Part shown: positions 37,970 to 50,131 of the stretch, piece by piece
Position numbering within the stretch: the stretch's first letter is position 1
Layout of the letters: each line of letters opens with the position of its first letter
Assembly (NCBI GenBank): GCA_047495785.1
Contig: JBLDXI010000025.1
Location: 1,116,001 to 1,180,000, forward strand
DNA length: 64,000 nt
DNA from: Lepidodermella squamata
Taxonomy: Eukaryota > Animalia > Gastrotricha
Direction: 5' to 3'
Notes under the pieces: model-generated
Database searches by the model: none
What the model was told of the DNA's origin: nothing
Seen by the model: only the letters and a program-made list of their open reading frames with translations
Translations under genes and position numbers: made by a program

Positions 37970-39246
37970 TCACACTTTAATGCGAGTCGAGTTAATGTAT
38001 GTCTTTGCGATGGTGGAGAAGATGGCTGAAGTACGCAGCTTTACACCAAACTCATTCTCGCCATTTTGCGACGGATCCTGTAAAACAAATGAATAGCTAA
38101 GATACTCGGCATAACAGACATAATGGATACTAGCCATGAACAGGGTTAAGTTTGAAGCTGGCAAAGTTCTTACGAACAAAGATATGGTCAAGTTAAGGAT
38201 TAGGGTTGGGGTTGTTGTTAGGGTTAAGTCTACGATTAAAGCTTAACTTAAGATACTGACGGGCTTGAGGTGTTGGGGTTAGGGATAGGGTTAGGTTTTA
38301 GGTTTGGAAAAAAGAATGGGACTAAAGATTCTTAGCAATAACTTACTGGCCAAGGATTGATCTTCCATTTCTTTGCAAGGATACTCAAAACAGTCTGATC
38401 ATTCCTATTTGCTTGAAACTCAGCATCATCTTGTCCCAACTCACTCGCATCGTTACCAACAATCCGATAGTCGCTGACATAAGTCAACCATTGACTTACA
38501 AACTCAATCGATCTTAAGGATTTTCTCAGTAAAACGAAAGTTGCTATGAACTGGTTCGTTTCCGTGCAAGATGAGTCAGAAATGTTGCAGTTAATTAAAA
38601 GAAAGGCATCCCCTTTCGAAAAACGCTTCTCCTTCGCCTCATAAGCGAAAAGGACTATGTCTTGTTTTAGCACAGCTTGCAGACAGAAGTGGCCCAGATC
38701 CATGTTATCAATGAACTCACTCCCCGAGTCACTGTACAGCAAAACATCATCGTCCCGCATCGCAAGGAGTGTCTTGAGGATGATGTAAGGCTTCCAGACC
38801 CAAAATGCAGCCTGACCGCCGTAGTCAAACATCTTCTTATGCCGGTTTTTGAAGTCTTGGTCTAGCGAATCTGGAGTGAAGGAGATGCATAAGTCAAAAC
38901 CGCCTAACTGAAGGCCAGTTTCACAATTTCGAGGCTGGGAATTCCAACAACATCCCGCAGCGTAGTTAATCAATATCCGACGACCTTTAACTCGGGCGCA
39001 TCTCGTTTTAGCTGGGGTTTTACGATATCGAATGGTTACATTGTTAAGTTTATCGAGCTTAGAAGGTCCTTCTTCTACCAAATCCTTCTTTGGTATAACA
39101 GATGGAGTGTTAAATGAGGATGCATCAGGTGATTCACAGATACTTGGCACTGATAAGGGGCCCTTGATGAAAATTATTGCTATTCCCAAGACCATAACAA
39201 TAACAGTAAGAATTAAGCCAAGTTTTAGCACCAATGAGGTCTTCAT
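37970..39246 (-). CDS. Glycosyltransferase-like type II membrane protein, array copy 5
   Basis: MKTSLVLKLGLILTVIVMVLGIAIIFI anchor; AAFWVWKPYII, VLLYSDSG, NRNDQT; terminal exon DPSQNG...TRIKV* after a ~270-nt intron. Confidence 0.85.
38190..38307 (+). repeat. Degenerate TTAGGG/TTGGGG telomere-like tract inside the copy 5 intron
   Basis: ATTAGGGTTGGGGTTGTTGTTAGGGTTAAG ... GTTGGGGTTAGGGATAGGGTTAGGTTTTAGGTTTGG. Confidence 0.55.
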
Positions 39247-39457
39247 CTCTTCTTTCCATGAGAGGATGGATGGCAAACTCTAAAATAACTCATGAATGAG
39301 ACACCCAGCGCGTGAATGGACTCATTTTTATTGCTATCCTGTGTATAAAATTTGAGTAAACAAGATGTTTGTTTGCGAATCCATTCACAAAATACAGGTG
39401 TTTATTTTAATGAAAAAGAATTGCACTCTCGCAGGTATTCAGAATTGACATGGCCTT

Positions 39458-40912
39458 TCATTCCTTATTTCGAGTATGATGGATGAAAGTTTTGTTGAGT
39501 CGATTTTTGAAGCGAGGCTCCACGCGTTGATTTTTACCATAGCTGTTCAGAGAACTCCATTGCGAAGGATCCTGAAAAAATTGTGGAATCATAGAAAATT
39601 TGGAAATTAATTGAAATTTACAAACTCGAATTCGGATTTTCAGATTTTTTTCTTTCAAGTGCGCGGATAATAAAATTTAAGATTAAATTGTTGAAATGTT
39701 GAAAAATTCTGAAAACTTTTGAATAAAATTTCTAAAACGTTTACAAAAATTTCGAAAAATTAAGAATAACTGAAATTTTCAAAACTTATTAAATTTAAAT
39801 TTCAAAATCAGTTTCATTTTCACTAGGCGTGGAAGGAGCTTACCGGCCAGTGATCGATGTTCCTGAAAAATAGTTAAATTTTCTTAATGATTATTCGAAT
39901 GATTCATATACCATTTTTTAGCTAATATACTGACAATAGTTTGATCATTCCTATGTCCTTTGAAATCGTCCTTTTCCTTGTCAACAAACTGACTGACGCC
40001 ATTGGCGAGAATCCTATAATCCTGAGCATACGCCAGCCATTGAGTAACAAACTCAATCGACCGCATGGTCTTCCTGAACAGCAGAAACGAACTCGTCAGC
40101 TGCATTTCATCGTAGCACTTCGGCTCGAGGCAATTCATTAGGACAAACGCGTCTCCTTTTGAATACTGCCGCTCGGGACATTCGTAAGAAAACACGGCAA
40201 TGTCCTGCTTCAACTCGGCGAGTAAACAATTCGGCCCGAGGTCGAAATTTTCGACAAAAACCGACCCAGAATCGGCGTAGAGTAGCACGTCATCGTCACG
40301 CATGGCTAGCAACGCCTTAAGAATGATGTAGGGTTTCCACAGCCAGTACCTTGAAGGCGGGGAAGTGGGAGAAGCGAAAATCTCCGAATTTCTAGTTAAG
40401 AAATCTTTGTCCAGAGAAGATTGACTGAAAGACACACATAGGTCAAAACCACCAACCGTGACGCCGGTTTCACAGTTGAGTGGCTGCGAGATTTTACAGC
40501 AATTTTCGGCGTAATTAATCAAAATTCGACGGCCGGTTATCAACGGACATCTCTCCGATTGTTTTTTCTTCGAATATCGAATTTCGACGTTGGGCAATCG
40601 ATCGATTTCTGATATCACTATGTTGTTGTTAGGGTTAGGCTTGGCCTGAGGTTTCGCCTCAGCAGGGTGGCCTAAATAATCTGTGCACAAACACTGAGCT
40701 TGGCCTGCCATCATTTCCAACTTGAATTGCTCAGAACATCCAGCTTCAGCCATCATTTTGAGCCGTTCTGCTTTAAAGTCGCGATTTTTTGCGAACAGCA
40801 GAGGTCCGAGTAATAGATAGGTGATTAACAGGGTGACTGAAATCGATATAGCACAGCAGCACGTGAAATTTGATTTCAACGAAATCGCGAGTAAAATCGC
40901 TCGAAAATTCAT
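39458..40912 (-). CDS. Glycosyltransferase-like type II membrane protein, array copy 6; exons 40912-39912, 39862-39844, 39571-39458
   Basis: TM anchor; RYWLWKPYII, VLLYADSG, HRNDQT; a 19-nt mini-exon encodes (W)NIDHWP. Confidence 0.85.
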
Positions 40913-41909
40913 AATTCATCAATCAGCTTTTCGCTTGGTCATAACTATATAAAATGAGTGGAATTTCTATATAGGATAAATGTATGGAGTGGTGGTAGTA
41001 ATATTTTTCGTCTACTTAAACATAGGAAGTATACTCATACGAATGCTAGCATAGCTATTATTATTACTACCTGTTACAAAATTTGAGCGCAAATAACAAT
41101 GCCGGTTTCAGTAATATTTCACCAAAATAATAACAAGTACATTGTTCAATAAATTTAAATGATATATACATCAGAGTTTTTGTTATTTGCCATGTACGCA
41201 TCTCTTGGCACGCGGCTCGGAATTAGGTATTTACAAAGAACTTTCATAAGCAGCGTGTCCCATAATTAAAGCAAGGTAATGTAAATACACGGCAAAGGGT
41301 CCAGAAACTCTAAAATGAGAGCCGAAGTCACATCTGAAGGCCAGAAATTTGTTAGAAAAATTCAAAATATCACGAAAATAGTAATAAAGTATTGTCGCTT
41401 GTCGATGGGATTCAGTAAATCCGGAAATATTTGACTCAACCGGGTAAAATTCCGATAATTACTGAACCAGTTACCATCGGGGTTTTCCGGGTTTTCTCCG
41501 GTAAAGATGGAAAGTTTAATTTAAAAATTAACTAGATTAATTAATTGCCAAATTAAATAAATAGTTGCGCAACTTCTGGTACACGCTGTTATTATAACCA
41601 CGAAAACATTTACGAGCACCTGAAGATGGCGGCATTTGTGCTATTGTTTACCTTTCCGCAATTCGCTGCTTTTGACGGTTCACAAGACAGAATCTCCTCG
41701 CAACTTTTCCTAAGTGATTACAAAGTCGAACATCTGTTTTTTTATACTACTTTTAGCATGTTTTTTCTCATAAGGCGCAATATTTCCAGGTTTTTTCCCC
41801 AAATTCTAGAACCAATCCTGCACCAGAAAAAAATCGACCTCATTCATCTATCAACTATTTGTCTCATAAATCAGCCACAACTGTTTGTTTTCAAATGTCA
41901 AATTTTATT

Positions 41910-44000
41910 TCAATATTTTTGCCTCGTGTGATTGATAAAATTGCGGTTTAAAAGCTTTGAAAACAACGGCTGGCTTCGCATATCACGGCCGAACTTGCTC
42001 GCTTCGCCCCATTGAGACGGATCCTAAAATAAATTTTAAATACATTTCAGTTTGAGAAAAACATCAAAAAGATTAGGGAAATGAAAGTCCCCAATTTGGA
42101 TAGCCCGGAAAATTCTCAAACTAATTAGATTTTATTGTTTACCTCAAAAGGTATCGGACAAATTTTGAAAAATTTCACGAGATTTAATTAAAGAAATTAG
42201 CTTAAATTCAATTTTAAAAGCTGTCGAAAAAACTCACCGGCCAAAATTGAATTTTCCATTTTTTCGCCAACAAGCTCAAAATGCTTTGATCGTTGCGATG
42301 CTGCCGGAAATCGGGATAATTAGGCCGTAAAAAGCTCAGGTCATTGCTAACAGCTCGATAGTCCTGAACATAGGTCATCCATTCTGAAATGAACTGCATC
42401 GACCTAAGCGATTTTCTAAGCAGTAAAAACGCAGCGTTAGCCTGCGTTGAATTCGAGCATTCAACCTCATCGAGGCAGTTCAGCAGAACAAAAGTATCCG
42501 CCTTTGTGTACAACCGATCGGGTGATTCATTGGAAAATACGACAATGTCCGAATCTAGGTCAGCCATCAATTTGATCGGCCCCTGTTCGATGTTGGCAAT
42601 GAAATGCGACCCAGAATCGGCGTAGAATAGCACGTCATCGTCGCGCATTGTCAGCAGGGTTCGCCATATAATGTAGGGTTTCCACATCCAGTAGCGATGG
42701 ACTAGCAGAGGGTGGCTGAAAATTTTCGAATTCCTGCGTTTAAACTCGACGTCGAGCGACCATTCGTTAAAGGAGATGCAGACGTCGAATCCGCCGGTGT
42801 TTAGGCCCGAATCGCAGTTGAGTTGCTGCGCGTAATAGCAACACCCAGCGGCGTAGTTGATTAAAATTCGCCGGCCGGTAATTTTCGATGATCGCTCGTT
42901 CGAATTGGTTGAAATGTTATTGAGCGCGGCCCATCGCACGACGACGTTTGGAACTTCGGTGAAATCTCCGGTGGATTTTGGCCTCGATTCAACAGAGCTG
43001 GATTCCACTCCTACAATTACATAATTATATTTCATGTCAAGGTTGAAGAGCGATTTTTTTTATTTTCCATTTATTTAATTTCAATTATATTTTAATTTAA
43101 TTTTGGTTGAGAAATTTAAAAAATTCTAATTTTTAAAATGCAAAAAATTTCGAATCTTGCAAAATTTAAAAGCTTGTAAAAATAAAATGTGGCTTCATAA
43201 AATATTGGGGTGTCATTTACGCAAACGGCATTTGCGCTATTTGAGAAAAGTTGCCAAAATGTCGTGCTTAATTGTCGCTTAAAAGTTTGCCTCAGGTCGG
43301 CAACCAATTTTCACATTTTTTAATTTAAAATTACGAAAAGCGCAGGGCATAGATCTCAGAATAAATATAGGCTTGATTATCCTAGGTATTATGGTCCAAA
43401 AATTGAAAAATTGAGCTTAACTTTTGTTGAAATCCCAAAAATAATGTCATCAAAAAATTGTAGAGATTGTTATTAAACAGTTTGGCACGCGCTAAAACAG
43501 CAAAAGCGACAAAATAGCATTTTTGCTATTTATCTAGGTATTCTGCAGTTTTGTCGCGAAATGATTGATCCGCTGCTGTGTCGGGTTTGCTGTTATGGCT
43601 GTCTGCCAAAATTGTCATGCCTCGCTTTCAATGAATTAAATTTAAATGTAGGTATAGTGAATAATCAGGTAAAATTACCTGTATTTGATTTTGGCCTCGT
43701 TTTGGACAAATCGTCGCCTTTCTCATCCGTGCAATAACACCTGGCCTTGATCGCCAATTTCTGCCACTCAACATCTGGACAGTCGAGCAAATCTCTATCG
43801 CGCTGAGCCAGAGCAAGCGCAGTTAGTTTATCGTGAAAAATTCTTCTCTCAGCTTTCAGCTGGAGCTGGCTATCAAAGTAAAAATAGGCAAAACTGGCGA
43901 GTAGCGTTACAAGCGATGACAGAAAACACGCTGTAGCTTTTGATTTGTACAACTGCTGAAACGACTTTGAAGCGGTGAAAGAGTGGTATTTTATCACCAT
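41910..44000 (-). CDS. Glycosyltransferase-like type II membrane protein, array copy 7; exons 44000-43679, 43010-42238, ~42023-41910
   Basis: The TM exon (CFLSSLVTLLASFAYFYF) splices in phase 1 to a catalytic exon with RYWMWKPYII, VLFYADSG and HRNDQS; terminal exon DPSQWG...HTRQKY*. Confidence 0.85.
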
Positions 44001-44956
44001 TTGTAAAATAAACAGCTGAAATTCTCAACTAATTTCCAGGTTTTATGCAGCAGTGATAACCCGCGCCGTGGTAGCTAATGCGTTTAGAGGACGCGTTATA
44101 TGGGTGTTATAACAATAACAATTAACAACGAGATGAGACATGTTATTGTTTGCCTATTGTGCTCCAGTTAGACTGTAGCTTGCAGTCAGCTTCACGGCTA
44201 TTTGTTTTGCTTCTTCTCATCGCGTGCATCTTTCAGCTCACGCGCGCTTATGAGAGCACGTGGCGGTCATATAGGTCATCACACGCAAAAAATCGACGAC
44301 CAGCTCGGCGGCGAAAAATCAGGAAAAACCTGGAACCCAAAAAATGGGTAATAAATGCGCGATAAATAAAAATCAATCAGGTCATTTGCCTATAATTAAA
44401 ATTTCGTCAAATTTTAGTCACGTCGCGCCAATTTTCAATTAGGAAAAACAACGCCAACGCAATTTGGTCAAGCCCCGTAATTTCACGAAATGCAGGTCAG
44501 AAAAAAAGAGTCAGAAAAAGTTCAATTGATCGCAATTAATTTAAACTGGTCAAACTTGGTACCGGCGAGAGATGATAGCCGATGACCTTTCATCAAAATC
44601 AGAACGTGAAATTTCCCGGAAGGAGAAAAGAAAAATGTCATTCAAAATTTGAACACTTAAGCAATTTTGTCATTTAGAATTATCATTTAAATTATTCGAG
44701 GCAGGCATGTATGCTTGATAATCTGCGGATAACAGGTCGCGTTAATTTAATAATCAGCTGGAAAATAAGGACAATTATTGTTACTGACTGAGGCATTTTT
44801 CCCCACCCAAGTTCTATATGGCAATGTATGATTTTATCAAGGTGTGAAAAGTTTAAGGATTTCAAGGCTGAAATGATTTTGAAAATGATTACAAATCGAA
44901 AACTGTTCATAGAAAGCGCAATAAATAGGGAGTACCAAGTTCGCAAGGTAAATGTA

Positions 44957-45259
44957 AGGTTCCAGCACTAAATTTGAGACTTTAGCACTAGATTTCCAAT
45001 TCATGTGGTTTTCCGAGTTTCCGAGTTCAAATTTTTTGTTATCATGCCAAACCAATAAACCTTTATATCGCGCGTATTTCGCGCTACGAGCGGTCAGAAT
45101 TATACTTCATCTTATAGAGCCGATATCGATTCCATGTATCGATTTTGCAAATCGGTGATTTTCCCGATATCGCAGCCGTCTTGGAACCCAACATCGATAA
45201 TGTTTCTACGTGCTTAGTGCACCATCACAAAGAACCCTAAAAATTTAGTGCTGGAACCT
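44957..45259. mobile_element. Putative MITE with 19-bp terminal inverted repeats
   Basis: AGGTTCCAGCACTAAATTT (44957-44975) and its perfect reverse complement at 45241-45259; TSD not resolved. Confidence 0.5.
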
Positions 45260-45332
45260 CATTTTTGTAAATACCATCAAGAATTCAGTTGTTCTGTAGC
45301 GCGTTTAATTTCAAGAATTTTATTTAATTTTT

Positions 45333-45759
45333 TCAGTGCCGAAAATCAATAGCTTTGAGCTGCCTTTGATGGTTAAATCTTGGTTTTGCCATCGAATAAA
45401 CGCCGGCTAGCTTTGCCCAAACTCGCTGGGCTCGTTCGCAGATAGATTTCGAGGCGAAAGCTCGCAGGCATTTATCAAGGCGACCCTGGCCAGTGGCGAT
45501 CGACTCGAGCGAAGTCATCAGCAAGCCAAGCTGCTCTACTTTATCCTCCTCGACTAATTGCAAAGCAAATTGTTCTGAAAAAAATTGTGAAATTCATCAT
45601 TGAAAAATTGAAATTTTCTGAAAAATTACTGAAAACTTGGGTCATATATTTCTGCATTGGCGGCGCATTTTCTTGACTTGAAGGCACGAGATTGCCGAAA
45701 ATGGGCAGCCATAACCCGCATATTAGGAAAATGGGAAAAATAACCGTTGAAAAATGCAT
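45333..45759 (-). CDS. Small secreted protein with C-x9-C motif (about 123 aa; exons 45759-45630 and 45574-45333)
   Basis: Signal peptide MHFSTVIFPIFLICGLWLPIFG; 55-nt phase-1 intron; RLDKCLRAFASKSIC...VWA; TATA-like TATATAAA about 75 nt upstream. Confidence 0.7.
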
Positions 45760-46559
45760 GTTTTATTGTGGTTTAATGACAGCGAAATTGATCGCCTTTA
45801 ATTTATACGGCACGTTTTTTTTGAGCGCTTTTATATATCAAGAAAACATTCCTGTGACAGGTGACATTTGCGGGGCTGGTTTCAGCCCAGCGCTACCTAA
45901 TTAATCAAGTGAGATACGCTAATCAGCCCATCGCTAGGCTTAACTACGGCCGGACAAATTACCCACCGCGGTTTCCACGAAAAAGTCGTTAAACTTGAAA
46001 AAATAGTTTTCTTGTCAGCGCTTGTCATGTGAGGCTTATTTTGGTGACACTTAATCAGGAAGTTTGATTAATTTCTCGGACAAGCTCTCTTGCACAGCAG
46101 GCGAACTAATTGTCGGAAAAGAATGAAGTAGTCTGAGAGACCTTGAACCCTCAACATTCACTCCAGGACCGCATTTCCCAATAATAATGCTGTGGCACTA
46201 CTTCAAAATTGTTTACTTTATCTAATTTCGTTTTAATTAGAGGAGGTGCGATCCTTCCTTTCCTTGTGAAAACCGGATTTGTCCGGTTAAGAGCGAGTTC
46301 GCAATATTTTTTTAAGCCGCATCAATTCCAGAATAGGAAATACTTCTGCAATACGGTACGGCCACTCCGTAACCATGGGGAGTTTTTTGAAGCGGCTTTC
46401 ACCGGTTGGTAGTTCTAGTGCGTTGTAAAATTTCCTGGATTTTTTTAGACTCGGATTTTGAGCGACAAAATTGAAGTATAAATGCCTATTGTTGGGGTTA
46501 TAGATGGCATCATGTAATGGAAAGGCTTCACCCGAACCTTTTCTCAGCTGGGAATCAGG

Positions 46560-47110
46560 CCGATAGCAAATTGCCAATCGGAAACCTACAGAAAGCTTCT
46601 TTTATCCACCAAATGCGATCCGAAATGGCTTTTCGACATTTTCAAGGGATCTGTATGCCAACTTGGCGAAGCCGCAAGTTTCGGCTAGTCGGATAATTCC
46701 GGTGATTGGATCCGCCACGGACCATCTCCCAAAGACTTTTGCATCCTCTAATAAGATCGATGATCAGATCAGCCCTTGCCGCATGGAATCCTTTGATGGT
46801 TACGCAGTTATTAGAAAATAGCGAAAAAATTCTCCGTTTGTCAGCACTTGTTATGTTTTTGGACAATTTATTAGCCGCCGAGGCTGTAACAGGAGTCTCG
46901 CCAAGCTTAGTTTAACTTCTCGGACTACTCGTCCCCTTGCAGTCTCAATTTCGAGCCCTCAAAATTAAACCCTTGCTCGAAAACTTGCGATTTCAACGGC
47001 GGCATTTCCTACATCGCTGTGTCAATTCTGGAAATTCCTTACCTCAATTTTGATTTAATTGGAGGGTATGAGATTGAAATCGGACAGCATCAGGGCGGCG
47101 CACTTCATCG
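46560..47110. repeat. Degenerate dispersed repeat (TE or gene relic); related copies at about 51810-52150 and 61995-62045
   Basis: Shared blocks such as ATGGTTACGCAGTTATTAGAAAA, AAACTTGCGATTTCAACGGCGGCATTTCCTACATCGCTGTGTCA and TCCGCCACGGACCATCTC; only broken ORFs. Confidence 0.55.
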
Positions 47111-47246
47111 ACACATGCAGTGAGAGCTGTCCAAGAACAAGCGAGTCCGAATTCTTTTGAACCTGACCGAGTCCGGACAAGAAAATACGTGTACATTATT
47201 AAGGTATTAAAATCCACGTGGATGTTGATATGGTAACTATGGTAAC

Positions 47247-47346
47247 TACCGTAGTAACCGAAATACAAGCCTGGGCGGCACTACAAAGAACATCAAAGTG
47301 CCGACAAAGGGTTGCCGCCTAGGCTTGTATTTCGGTAACTACAGTA
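47247..47346. repeat. About 34-bp inverted repeat with 32-nt spacer (hairpin or mini-MITE)
   Basis: TACCGTAGTAACCGAAATACAAGCCTGGGCGGCA versus TGCCGCCTAGGCTTGTATTTCGGTAACTACAGTA, 3 mismatches. Confidence 0.55.
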
Positions 47347-47784
47347 ATATTGAGAAGCCAACGAATTCATATTTTCATAAGAGCCTTATCATTTCCCATT
47401 TCCTAGCTGGCCAAAGCGATGACGAATGTCCCCCCAGCTTCTGATGCCCAAGTTCGAGACTGGTGAAAACGAGGGAGGCAACCAGTGTATCGTTTCAACG
47501 ACGTGACGCCTGTTCGAAACTCAAAGCGATGATGGATGTCGCCCTATAAGCCTCTAGAGACTAATATGAAGATATCGATGCTATAGTTTATCTTTCTAGC
47601 TCGTTCAATCGCATAACAAGTTTTTACTATAACATACGCTAAGCTTTTCCGTCATTAAGTTCAATTAAACACTGGTTGTACTGGATTCTGGATGCTTGAA
47701 ATAGTTTACCAATTTTTTACGCCGCCCAGTGCTTAGTATATTATAATATCTTATTATTGAATGAATAATAACGTACTTATAGCC

Positions 47785-47817
47785 GAAAATAACTTTCACC
47801 TGCTGCATGTGACTTGA
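47785..47817 (+). promoter_or_regulatory. Conserved double E-box upstream element of the PAN genes (also at about 49922, 52329, 57954 on the minus strand, 60730; orphan copies 59341 and 59532)
   Basis: GAAAATAACTTTCACCTGCTGCATGTGACTTGA lies about 200 nt upstream of every PAN ATG and is more conserved than its flanks. It is followed by ATTGG (CCAAT) and an ATAAATA TATA-like box. Confidence 0.6.
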
Positions 47818-47986
47818 AGCGAAGTATTTTTGGCTGCAAAATGCTGCGTCATGATGTTTTCAATGCCCGAATTATAGCGTTTCCCATTGGTTGCTTGCCT
47901 CGATAAATACGACCGACAACCCGCTGATATTCATAATTTAATTTTTCATTCTTAAAGTCTCAAGTCTATTCCTATTCACGATTAAA

Positions 47987-48360
47987 ATGGCTGGTTCCAT
48001 GCTCCCTGCATTGGCTGTTTTCATGGCGGTTATTTCAGCTATGGCGGCGCAAACTTGTAAGTTTTCTTATTCCGGCTGCTAATGCACTTTAGCGCGCAGT
48101 TGAGTCAATTTGTACTTTCAGCTATTCCTGGCTACAAGCCTGCTACTTATAATTGCATGGGGACCGGTCGTGATTATAACATTATAGGTGCCACGACGTA
48201 TAGTCCAAACGTTCAGGGATGCGTTGACCGGTGTAACGGAACTAAGACCTGCCGCGCTTTCGGATACGACACTAAAGTCAAGGTCTGCCAGATCTACACG
48301 ACCTGCTACAAAAGCTTTATTCGTCTTACTGCCCAATACGCGCACTACCAGAAGATCTAA
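47987..48360 (+). CDS. Secreted single PAN/apple-domain mini-protein, type A copy 1 (102 aa; exons 47987-48056, 48122-48360)
   Basis: Signal peptide MAGSMLPALAVFMAVISAMAA; six Cys with the PAN pattern QGCVDRC....TCRAFGY......C; phase-1 intron. Confidence 0.85.
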
Positions 48361-49177
48361 TGTGTTGCGGAGCAGAATGCGTCTTGAGAAAAAGGAAATT
48401 CGGATGCATAAATATCTACGCTTTAACATGAATCAGAGTCAACATTTATTGATATACCTAACATATCGCCTATTTTGTCTTAGCTGCTTTGGACTTGGAA
48501 GCACTGAAAATAAAGGCTTATAAGTAACAGTATTGCCGCATTCTTGTTCAAACGTTAAATTGTCGACACATTAGCAGTTCGCTAGCGTTTCGGTATAACT
48601 CGCCATTTGACGGCAATTCCATGTCGCCATTGCTCTCAAGTGTGGTAAATATTTTGACACATTTTCCGCCATTCCACACATTTTCATGAGTTCCACGTTG
48701 GCAATGCTAATACTGGTGACGGTTTTACGTTCTGTCCCTGCTCAACAGCTACTTCTAAGCAGGGTGCGAAGTACAGGGGTGCTGGGGACAACCCAGCAGC
48801 ACTGCAACCAGAGGAAGGCAGCAAAAAAACCACAGGCGGGGTCCTAGAAATCAAGTAGAAAACAATTCAGCATAAGATGTATGTATAATATTATTAATGA
48901 GCGTTATTTTTCCAGGGATTGCTCAAGGACAGCTCAATTGGAAAAGAAAACGTGATTAGTTGAAAGGACGTCATCAATATGGTCCGCCATGTGCTGCTTG
49001 GCAGCTTTACCCGAGGAAGACTCCGGCAGAGACGATGAGTCCTACTTCTTTTGCCTCGAAGGTCAGGTCGAACTAGGCTCGAAGGCCGTTAGCCTGTATC
49101 TCCAACAGTTTCCAGGCCAGGACGTACTCGGCGTTGAGGCGCGGCTTCAGTGTAGAGGCTATTATTTCAAGATGCTA

Positions 49178-49590
49178 ATGTTGGGGCCCGAGCCCGATTT
49201 CGGCCCGTACGCGTTCGGGCCGGCCCGTATGCGGTCGGGTAACAGCACTTTACCACTCCGCACTCGGGCCGGTGTTTAACGTGCCTGTATGCGACGTTAA
49301 CTGCAAATTTAACGAATTTCAACGAATTCCGCTCCACTGCACACGGGCCGTCCAAGGTGATGGCCCGAGCACGGCGGAGAACAATAGGAACCAGTGCTAT
49401 TGTTAGGCGCTCGCGCGCGCCGTGCTCGGGCCGCTGGGTTTGGGCTGGGACTTGAAGAAGTTATCGGTTTTAGAAGGACCCGAGCCCGGCGACCCAAGCG
49501 CGCGGCGGCCCGATTCCAGATGCCCGAGCGGAGCGGCAAATCAATGTTACCCGTCCGCGTACGGGCCGAATCGGACTCGGACCCCAACAG
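49178..49590. mobile_element. GC-rich MITE with long imperfect TIRs and probable TA target-site duplication
   Basis: TA|ATGTTGGGGCCCGAGCCCGATTTCGGCCCGTACGCG ... CGCGTACGGGCCGAATCGGACTCGGACCCCAACAG|TA. The paralogous locus at about 60445 (TATTTCAGATGGTAACTC) resembles the empty site. Confidence 0.7.
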
Positions 49591-50131
49591 TAACTCAAAC
49601 TTAGCTGGCGAGTAAAGTACATCCCGGGGTGCGCGGTTGACCTGATGCAGAGGCTGGCTATAGGCCATAGAGTTCGAAAATCAGCAATGATGGATGTCGC
49701 CTAGTTTAGTTTAAGCCTCTGATGCCCAAGTTCGTGGACGAAAACGAGTGAGGCAATAGTTTATCTTTCTAGCTTGGTCATAATATTTATCGCTAGGCTT
49801 TCCTATCATCAAATTCAATTAAACATTATCTGCACTGGATGCTTAAAGCACTCTACTAATTGTTTTCGTCGTCCAGTACTTGGTATCTTAGTTCACAATG
49901 AACAATACCGTAATTTTTGCGGAAAATAACTTTCACCTGCTGCATGTGACTTGAGGCTGGGTATTTTTGGCAGCAAAATAATACGTCATGATGTTTATAT
50001 TGCCCAAGTTGTTGCTTCCCTGTTCCCTGATTGGTTGCTTGCTTCAATAAATACGACCAAAACCCCGCTGATATTCATCATTTTACATTTCCGTTCTCAA
50101 AGTCTCAAGTCTATTCCTATTCAAGATTAAA

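Noticed and set aside
46287-46866. ORFs of 96 and 74 aa as a transposase or gene
   Set aside because: Broken frames and no recognisable catalytic motif; kept only as a dispersed repeat.
49167-49668. Arg/Ala/Pro-rich ORFs on both strands
   Set aside because: By-products of the GC-rich MITE.
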